Positions 54,801 to 64,000 of a stretch of DNA of 64,000 bases are shown in pieces. This DNA comes from Eledone cirrhosa (taxonomy: Eukaryota). Location of the stretch: NCBI GenBank assembly GCA_964016885.1, contig OZ024743.1:211172001-211236000 (forward strand), given 5' to 3'. Each line of letters starts with the position of its first letter. Position 1 is the first letter of the stretch. The notes beneath the pieces are model-generated. The model was not told the origin of the DNA. It did not search any database and saw nothing but the letters and a program-made list of their open reading frames with translations. The translations under genes were made by a program, and so were the position numbers.

Positions 54801-57800
54801 TAGAGCCACTAATTCACTGAATTGAGAGATCACAGCTCTGATAATACAGACATGTGGTTAGAATGTCTGAGGAAAGAGTCACTAGAGGGCTGTTCCAGGT
54901 AGAGCCACTAATTTACCGAATTGAGAGATCATAGCTCTGATACTACAGACATGTGGTTAGAATGTCTGAGGAAAGAATCACTAAAGAGCTGTTCCAGGTA
55001 GAGCCACTAATTCACTGAATTGAGAGATCATAGCTCTGATATTACAGACATGTGGTTAGAATGTCTCAGGAAAGAATCACTAGAGAGCTGTTCCAGGTAG
55101 AGCCACTAATTCACTGAATTGAGAGATCACTGCTCTGATATTACAGACATGTGGTTAGAATGTCTGCGGAAAGAATCACTAGAGAGCTGTTCCAGGTAGA
55201 GCCGCTAATTCACTCAATTGAGAGATCATAGCTCTGATACTACAGATATGTGGTTAGAATGTCTGAGGAAAGAATCACTAGAGAGCTGTTCCAGGTAGAG
55301 CCACTAATTCACTGAATTGAGAGATCACTGCTCTGATATTACAGACATGTGGTTAGAACGTCTCAGGAAAGTATCACTAGAGACCTGTTCCAGGTAGAGC
55401 CACTAATTCACTGAATTGAGAGATCACAGCTCTGATATTACAGACATGTCGTTAGAATGTCTGAGTAAAGAATCACTGGAGAGCTGTGCCAGGTAGAGCC
55501 ACTAATTCACTGAATTGAGAGATCACAGCTCTGATATTACAGACATGTGGTTGGAATGTCTGAGGAAAGAATCACTAGAGAGCTGTTCCAGGTAGAGCCA
55601 CTAATTCACTGAATTGAGAGATCACAGCTCTGATATTACAGACATGTGGTTAGAATGTCTGAGGAAAGAATCACTGGAGAGCTGTTCCAGGTAGAGCCAC
55701 TAATTCACTGAATTGAGAGATTACAGCTCTGATATTACAGACAGGTGGTTAGAATGTCTGAGGAAAGAATCACTAGAGAGCTGTTCCACGTAGAGCCGCT
55801 AATTCACTGAATTGAGAGATCATAGCTCTGATACTACAGACATGTGGTTAGAATGTCTGAGGAAAGAATCACTGGAGAGCTGTTCTAGGTAGAGCCACTA
55901 ATTCACTGAATTGAGAGATCACAGCTCTGATATTACAGACATGGGCTTAGAATGTCTGAGGAAAGAATCACTAGAGAGCTGTTCCAGGTAGAGCCGCTAA
56001 TTCACTGAATTGAGAGATCATAGCTCTGATACTACAGACATGCGGTTAGAATGTCTGAGGAAAGTATCACTAGAGAGCTGTTCCAGGTAGAGCCGCTAAT
56101 TCACTGAATTGAGAGATCATAGCTCTGATATTACAGACATGTGGTTAGAATGTCTCAGGAAAGAATCACTGGAGAGCTGTTCCAGGTAGAGCCACTAATT
56201 CACCGAATTGAGAGATCATGGCTCTGATACTACAGACGTGTGGTTAGAATGTCTGAGGAAAGAATCACTAGAGAGCTGTTCCAGGTAGAGCCACTAATTC
56301 ACTGAATTGAGAGATCATAGCTCTGATATTACAGACATGTGGTTAGAATGTCTGAGGAAAGAATCACTAGAGAGCTGTTCCAGGTAGAGCCACTAATTTA
56401 CTGAATTGAGAGATCACAGCTCTGATACTACAGACATGTGGTTAGAATGTCTGAGGAAAGAGTCACTAGAGAGCTGTTCCAGGTAGAGCCACTAATTTAC
56501 CGAATTGAGAGATCATAGCTCTGATACTACAGACATGTGGTTAGAATGTCTGAGGAAAGAATCACTAAAGAGCTGTTCCAGGTAGAGCCACTAATTCACT
56601 GAATTGAGAGATCATAGCTCTGATATTACAGACATGGGGTTAGAATGTCTCAGGAAAGAATCACTAGAGAGCTGTTCCAGGTAGAGCCACTAATTCACTG
56701 AATTGAGAGATCACAGCTCTGATACTATAGACATGGGGTTAGAATGTCTGAGGAAAGAATCACTAGAGAGCTGTTCCAGGTAGAGCCACTAATTCACTGA
56801 ATTGAGAGATCACAATTCTGATATTACAGACATGTGGTTAGAATGTCTCAGGAAAGAATCACTAGAGAGCTGTTCCAGGTAGAGCCACTAATTCACTGAA
56901 TTGAGAGATCACAATTCTGATATTACAGACATGTGGTTAGAATGTCTCAGGAAAGAATCACTAGAGAGCTGTTCCAGGTAGAGCCACTAATTCACTGAAT
57001 TGAGAGATCACAATTCTGATATTACAGACATGTGGTTAGAATGTCTCAGGAAAGAATCACTAGAGACCTGTTCCAGGTAGAGCCACTAATTCACTGAATT
57101 GAGAGATCACAGCTCTGATATTACAGACATGTCGTTAGAATGTCTCAGTAAAGAATCACTGGAGAGCTGTTCCAGGTAGAGCCACTAATTCACTGAATTG
57201 AGAGATCACAGCTCTGATATTACAGACATGTGGTTGGAATGTCTGAGGAAAGAATCACTAGAGAGCTGTTCCAGGTAGAGCCACTAATTCACTGAATTGA
57301 GAGATCACAGCTCTGATATTACAGACATGTGGTTAGAATGTCTGAGGAAAGAATCACTGGAGAGCTGTTCCAGGTAGAGCCACTAATTCACTGAATTGAG
57401 AGATTACAGCTCTGATATTACAGACAGGTGGTTAGAATGTCTGAGGAAAGAATCACTAGAGAGCTGTTCCAGGTGGAGCCGCTAATTCATTGAATTGAGA
57501 GATCACAGCTCTGATATTACAGACATGTGGTTAGAATGTCTCAGAAAAGAATCACTAGCGAGCTGTTCAAGGTAGAGCCACTAATTCACTGAATTGAGAG
57601 ATCACAGCTCTGATATTACAGACATGTGTTTAGAATGTCTGAGGAAAGAATCACTAGAGAGCTGTTCCAGGTAGAGCCGCTAATTCACTGAATTGAGAGA
57701 TCATAGCTCTGATACTACAGACATGCGGTTAGAATGTCTGAGGAAAGAATCACTAGAGAGCTGTTCCAGGTAGAGCCGCTAATTCACTCAATTGAGAGAT

Positions 57801-60800
57801 CATAGCTCTGATACTACAGATATGTGGTTAGAATGTCTGAGGAGAGAATCACTAGAGAGCTGTTCCAGGTAGAGCCGCTAATTCACTGAATTGAGAGATC
57901 ATAGCTCTGATACTACAGACATGCGGTTGGAATGTCTGAGGAAAGAATCACTAGAGAGCTGTTCCAGGTAGAGCCACTAATTCACTGAATTGAGAGATCA
58001 CAGCTCTGATATTACAGATATGTGGTTAGAATGTCTGAGGAAAGAATCACTGGAGAGCTGTTCCAGGTAGAGCCACTAATTTACTGAATTGAGAGATCAC
58101 AGCTCTGATATTACAGACATGTGGTTAGAACGTCTGAGGAAAGAATCACTGGAGAGCTGTTCTAGTTAGAGCCACTAATTCACTGAATTGAGAGATCACA
58201 GCTCTGATATTACAGACATGGGGTTAGAATGTCTGAGGAAAGAATCACTAGAGAGCTGTTCCAGGTAGAGCCGCTAATTCACTGAATTGAGAGATCATAG
58301 CTCTGATACTACAGACATGCGGTTAGAATGTCTGAGGAAAGTATCACTAGAGAGCTGTTCCAGGTAGAGCCGCTAATTCACTGAATTGAGAGATCATAGC
58401 TCTGATATTACAGACATGTGGTTAGAATGTCTCAGGAAAGAATCACTGGAGAGCTGTTCCAGGTAGAGCCACTAATTCACTGAATTGAGAGATCACAGCT
58501 CTGATATTACAGACATGTGGTTAGAATGTCTGAGGAAAGAATCACTAGAGAGCTGTTCCAGGTAGAGCCGCTAATTCACTGAATTGAGAGATCACAGCTC
58601 TGATATTACAGACATGTGGTTAGAATGTCTGAGGAAAGAATCACTAGAGAGCTGTTCCAGGTAGAGCCACTAATTCACTGAATTGAGAGATCGTAGCTCT
58701 GATACTACAGACATGTGGTTAGAATGTCTCAGGAAAGAATCACTAGAGAGCTGTTCCAGGTAGAGCCACTAATTCACCGAATTGAGAGATCATGGCTCTG
58801 ATACTACAGACGTGTGGTTAGAATGTCTGAGGAAAGAATCACTAGAGAGCTGTTCCAGGTAGAGCCACTAATTTACTGAATTGAGAGATCACAGCTCTGA
58901 TATTACAGACATGGGGTTAGAATGTCTGAGGAAAGAATTACTAGAAAGCTGTTCCAGGTGGAGCCACTAATTCACTGAATTGAGAGATCATAGCTCTGAT
59001 ACTACAGACATGTGGTTAGAATGTCTGAGGAAAGAATCACTAGAGAGCTGTTCCAGGTAGAGCCACTAATTCACTGAATTGAGAGATCACAGCTCTGATA
59101 ATACAGACATGTGGTTAGAATGTCTGAGGAAAGAGTCACTAGAGAGCTGTTCCAGGTAGAGCCACTAATTTACCGAATTGAGAGATCATAGCTCTGATAC
59201 TACAGACATGTGGTTAGAATGTCTGAGGAAAGAATCACTAAAGAGCTGTTCCAGGTAGAGCCACTAATTCACTGAATTGAGAGATCATAGCTCTGATATT
59301 ACAGACATGGGGTTAGAATGTCTCAGGAAAGAATCACTAGAGAGCTGTTCCAGGTAGAGCCACTAATTCACTGAATTGAGAGATCACAGCTCTGATACTA
59401 TAGACATGGGGTTAGAATGTCTGAGGAAAGAATCACTAGAGAGCTGTTCCAGGTAGAGCCACTAATTCACTGAATTGAGAGATCACAATTCTGATATTAC
59501 AGACATGTGGTTAGAATGTCTGAGGAAAGAATCACTGGAGAGCTGTTCCAGGTAGAGCCACTAATTCACTGAATTGAGAGATCACAGCTCTGATATTACA
59601 GACATGGGGTTAGAATGTCTCAGGAAAGAATCACTGGAGAGCTGTTGCAGGTAGAGCCACTAATTCACTGAATTGAGAGATCATAGCTCTGATATTACAG
59701 ACATGGGGTTAGAATGTCTGAGGAAAGAATCACTAGAGAGCTGTTCCAGGTAGAGCCACTAATTCACTGAATTGAGAGATCACAGCTCTCATATTACAGA
59801 CATGTGGTTAGAATGTCTGAGGAGAGAATCACTGGAGAGCTGTTCCAGGTAGAGCCACTAATTCACTGAATTGAGAGATCACAGCTCTGATATTACAGAC
59901 ATGTGGTTAGAATGTCTGAGGAAAGAATCACTAGAGAGCTGTTCCAGGTAGAGCCGCTAATTCACTGAATTGAGAGATCATAGCTCTGATACTACAGACA
60001 TGCGGTTAGAATGTCTGAGGAAAGAATCACTAGAGAGCTGTTCCAGGTAGAGCCGCTAATTCACTCAATTGAGAAATCATAGCTCTGATACTACAGATAT
60101 GTGGTTAGAATGTCTGAGGAAAGAATCACTAGAGAGCTGTTCCAGGTAGAGCCGCTAATTCACTGAATTGAGAGATCATAGCTCTGATACTACAGACATG
60201 CGGTTGGAATGTCTGAGGAAAGAATCACTAGAGAGCTGTTCCAGGTAGAGCCACTAATTCACTGAATTGAGAGATCACAGCTCTGATATTACAGACATGG
60301 GGTTAGAATGTCTGAGGAAAGAATCACTAGAGAGCTGTTCCAGGTAGAGCCGCTAATTCATTGAATTGAGAGATCACAGCTCTGATATTACAGACATGTG
60401 GTTAGAATGTCTCAGAAAAGAATCACTAGCGAGCTGTTCAAGGTAGAGCCACTAATTCACTGAATTGAGAGTTCACAGCTCTGATATTACAGACATGTGT
60501 TTAGAATGTCTGAGGAAAGAATCACTGGAGAGCTGTTCCAGGTAGAGCCACTAATTCACTGAATTGGGAGATCACAGCAGACATGTGGTTAGAATGTCTG
60601 GGGAAATAATCACTAGAGAGCTGTTCCAGGTAGAGCCACTAATTCACTGAATTGAGAGATTACAGCTCTGATATTACAGACAGGTGGTTAGAATGTCTGA
60701 GGAAAGAATCACTAGAGAGCTGTTCCAGGTAGAGCCGCTAATTCACTGAATTGAGAGATCATAGCTCTGATACTACAGACATGCGGTTAGAATGTCTGAG

Positions 60801-63800
60801 GAAAGAATCACTAGAGAGCTGTTCCAGGTAGAGCCACTAATTCACTGAATTGAGAGATCACAGCTCTGATATTACAGACATGTGGTTAGAATGTCTCAGG
60901 AAAGAATCACTGGAGAGCTGTTCCAGGTAGAGCCACTAATTCACTGAATTGAGAGATCACAGCTCTGATATTACAGACATGTGGTTAGAATGTCTGAGGA
61001 AAGAATCACTAGAGAGCTGTTCCAGGTAGAGCCGCTAATTCACTGAATTGAGAGATCACAGCTCTGATATTACAAACATGTGGTTAGAATGTCTGAGGAA
61101 AGAATCACTAGAGAGCTGTTCCAGGTAGAGCCACTAATTCACTGAATTGAGAGATCGTAGCTCTGATACTACAGACATGTGGTTAGAATGTCTGAGGAAA
61201 GAATCACTAGAGAGCTGTTCCAGGTAGAGCCACTAATTCACCGAATTGAGAGATCATGGCTCTGATACTACAGACGTGTGGTTAGAATGTCTGAGGAAAG
61301 AATAACTAGAGAGCTGTTCCAGGTAGAGCCACTAATTCACTGAATTGAGAGATCATAGCTCTGATATTACAGACATGTGGTTAGAATGTCTGAGGAAAGA
61401 ATCACTAGAGAGCTGTTCCAGGTAGAGCCACTAATTTACTGAATTGAGAGATCACAGCTCTGATATTACAGACATGGGGTTAGAATGTCTGAGGAAAGAA
61501 TTACTAGAAAGCTGTTCCAGGTGGAGCCACTAATTCACTGAATTGAGAGATCATAGCTCTGATACTACAGACATGTGGTTAGAATGTCTGAGGAAAGAAT
61601 CACTAGAGAGCTGTTCCAGGTAGAGCCACTAATTCACTGAATTGAGAGATCACAGCTCTGATAATACAGACATGTGGTTAGAATGTCTGAGGAAAGAGTC
61701 ACTAGAGAGCTGTTCCAGGTAGAGCCACTAATTTACCGAATTGAGAGATCATAGCTCTGATACTACAGACATGTGGTTAGAATGTCTGAGGAAAGAATCA
61801 CTAGAGAGCTGTTCCAGGTGGAGCCACTAATTCACTGAATTGAGAGATCATAGCTCTGATACTACAGACATGTGGTTAGAATGTCTGAGGTAAGAGTCAC
61901 TAGAGAGCTGTTCCAGGTAGAGCCACTAATTCACTGAATTGAGAGATCACAATTCTGATATTACAGACATGTGGTTAGAATGTCTAAGGAAAGAATCACT
62001 GGAGAGCTGTTCCAGGTAGAGCCACTAATTCACTGAATTGAGAGATCACAGCTCTGATATTACAGACATGGGGTTAGAATGTCTCAGGAAAGAATCACTG
62101 GAGAGCTGTTGCAGGTAGAGCCACTAATTCACTGAATTGAGAGATCATAGCTCTGATATTACAGACATGGGGTTAGAATGTCTCAGGAAAAAATCACTAG
62201 AGAGCTGTTCCAGGTAGAGCCACTAATTCACTGAATTAAGAGATCACAGCTCTGATATTACAGACATGTGGTTAGAATGTCTGAGGAAAGAATCACTGGA
62301 GAGCTGTTCCAGGTAGAGCCACTAATTCACTGAATTGAGAGATCACAGCTCTGATATTACAGACATGTGATTAGAATGTCTGAGGAAAGAATCACTAGAG
62401 AGCTGTTCCAGGTAGAGCCACTAATTCATTGAATTGAGAGATCACAGCTCTGATATAACAGACATGTGGTTAGAATGTCTCAGAAAAGAATCACTAGCGA
62501 GCTGTTCAAGGTAGAGCCACTAATTCACTGAATTGAGAGATCACAGCTCTGATATTACAGACATGTGTTTAGAATGTCTGAGGAAAGAATCACTGGAGAG
62601 CTGTTCCAGGTAGAGCCACTAATTCACTGAATTGAGAGATCACAGCTCTGATATTACAGACATGGGGTTAGAATGTCTGAGGAAAGAATTACTAGAAAGC
62701 TGTTCCAGGTGGAGCCACTAATTCACTGAATTGAGAGATCATAGCTCTGATACTACAGACATGTGGTTAGAATGTCTGAGGAAAGAATCACTAGAGAGCT
62801 GTTCCAGGTAGAGCCACTAATTCACTGAATTGAGAGATCACAGCTCTGATAATACAGACATGTGGTTAGAATGTCTGAGGAAAGAGTCACTAGAGAGCTG
62901 TTCCAGGTAGAGCCACTAATTTACCGAATTGAGAGATCATAGCTCTGATACTACAGACATGTGGTTAGAATGTCTGAGGAAAGAATCACTAGAGAGCTGT
63001 TCCAGGTAGAGCCACTAATTCACTGAATTGAGAGATCATAGCTCTGATATTACAGACATGGGGTTAGAATGTCTCAGGAAAGAATCACTAGAGAGCTGTT
63101 CCAGGTAGAGCCACTAATTCACTGAATTGAGAGATCACAGCTCTGATACTATAGACATGGGGTTAGAATGTCTGAGGAAAGAATCACTAGAGAGCTGTTC
63201 CAGGTAGAGCCACTAATTCACTGAATTGAGAGATCACAATTCTGATATTACAGACATGTGGTTAGAATGTCTAAGGAAAGAATCACTGGAGAGCTGTTCC
63301 AGGTAGAGCCACTAATTCACTGAATTGAGAGATCACAGCTCTGATATTACAGACATGGGGTTAGAATGTCTCAGGAAAGAATCACTGGAGAGCTGTTGCA
63401 GGTAGAGCCACTAATTCACTGAATTGAGAGATCATAGCCCTGATATTACAGACATGGGGTTAGAATGTCTCAGGAAAAAATCACTAGAGAGCTGTTCCAG
63501 GTAGAGCCACTAATTCACTGAATTGAGAGATCACAGCTCTGATATTACAGACATGTGGTTAGAATGTCTGAGGAAAGAATCACTGGAGAGCTGTTCCAGG
63601 TAGAGCCACTAATTCACTGAATTGAGAGATCACAGCTCTGATATTACAGACATGTGATTAGAATGTCTGAGGAAAGAATCACTAGAGAGCTGTTCCAGGT
63701 AGAGCCGCTAATTCATTGAATTGAGAGATCACAGCTCTGATATAACAGACATGTGGTTAGAATGTCTCAGAAAAGAATCACTAGCGAGCTGTTCAAGGTA

Positions 63801-64000
63801 GAGCCACTAATTCACTGAATTGAGAGATCACAGCTCTGATATTACAGACATGTGTTTAGAATGTCTGAGGAAAGAATCACTGGAGAGCTGTTCCAGGTAG
63901 AGCCACTAATTCACTGAATTGAGAGATCACAGCTCTGATATTACAGACATGTGGTTAGAATGTCTGAGGAAAGAATCACTAGAGAGCTGTTCCAGGTAGA
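3840..64000 (+). repeat. 99-bp tandem satellite array, about 608 head-to-tail monomers, truncated by the window end
   Basis: Consensus GAATTGAGAGATCACAGCTCTGATATTACAGACATGTGGTTAGAATGTCTGAGGAAAGAATCACTAGAGAGCTGTTCCAGGTAGAGCCACTAATTCACT (99 nt). Most monomers differ by only a few substitutions. I saw no inversion or foreign insertion, and only a handful of small deletions. Confidence 0.99.

Noticed and set aside
3840-64000. Giant 33-aa repeat protein gene (ankyrin/TALE-like period), including UGA read-through or editing
   Set aside because: All six frames of the consensus contain stops. The LINE frame has two TGAs plus frequent TAG (tca tag) and TAA (gag taa) variants, and frameshifting deletions exist. 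No ankyrin motif is present.
3840-64000. CRISPR-like or cassette array
   Set aside because: There are no unique spacers; monomers abut directly and differ only by point variants, and the context is a spliced eukaryotic gene.

Overview
Eukaryotic, AT-rich genomic DNA; the SINE and LINE fragments resemble octopus/cephalopod repeats as I recall them, which I have not verified. Bases 1-3840 hold the last three coding exons (1088-1253, 2165-2269, 3454-3621, + strand) of a KICS2/C12orf66-like gene (KICSTOR subunit), missed by the ORF track. The introns contain a tRNA-derived SINE, a TA-flanked MITE and decayed RTE-clade LINE 3' fragments. About 50 bp past the poly(A) signal, a head-to-tail 99-bp satellite begins and runs off the window end (at least 60 kb, about 608 monomers). 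The main observation is that the monomer is a 33-codon piece of an RTE (Rex3/Expander-like) LINE ORF, VEPLIH[R/*]IERSQL[R/*]YYRHVVRMSEERITRELFQ, with both stops explained by CGA>TGA decay. Rare variants show nested duplications of 8, 11, 13, 70-73 and 94 monomers and a layered organisation. The three supplied ORFs look spurious.
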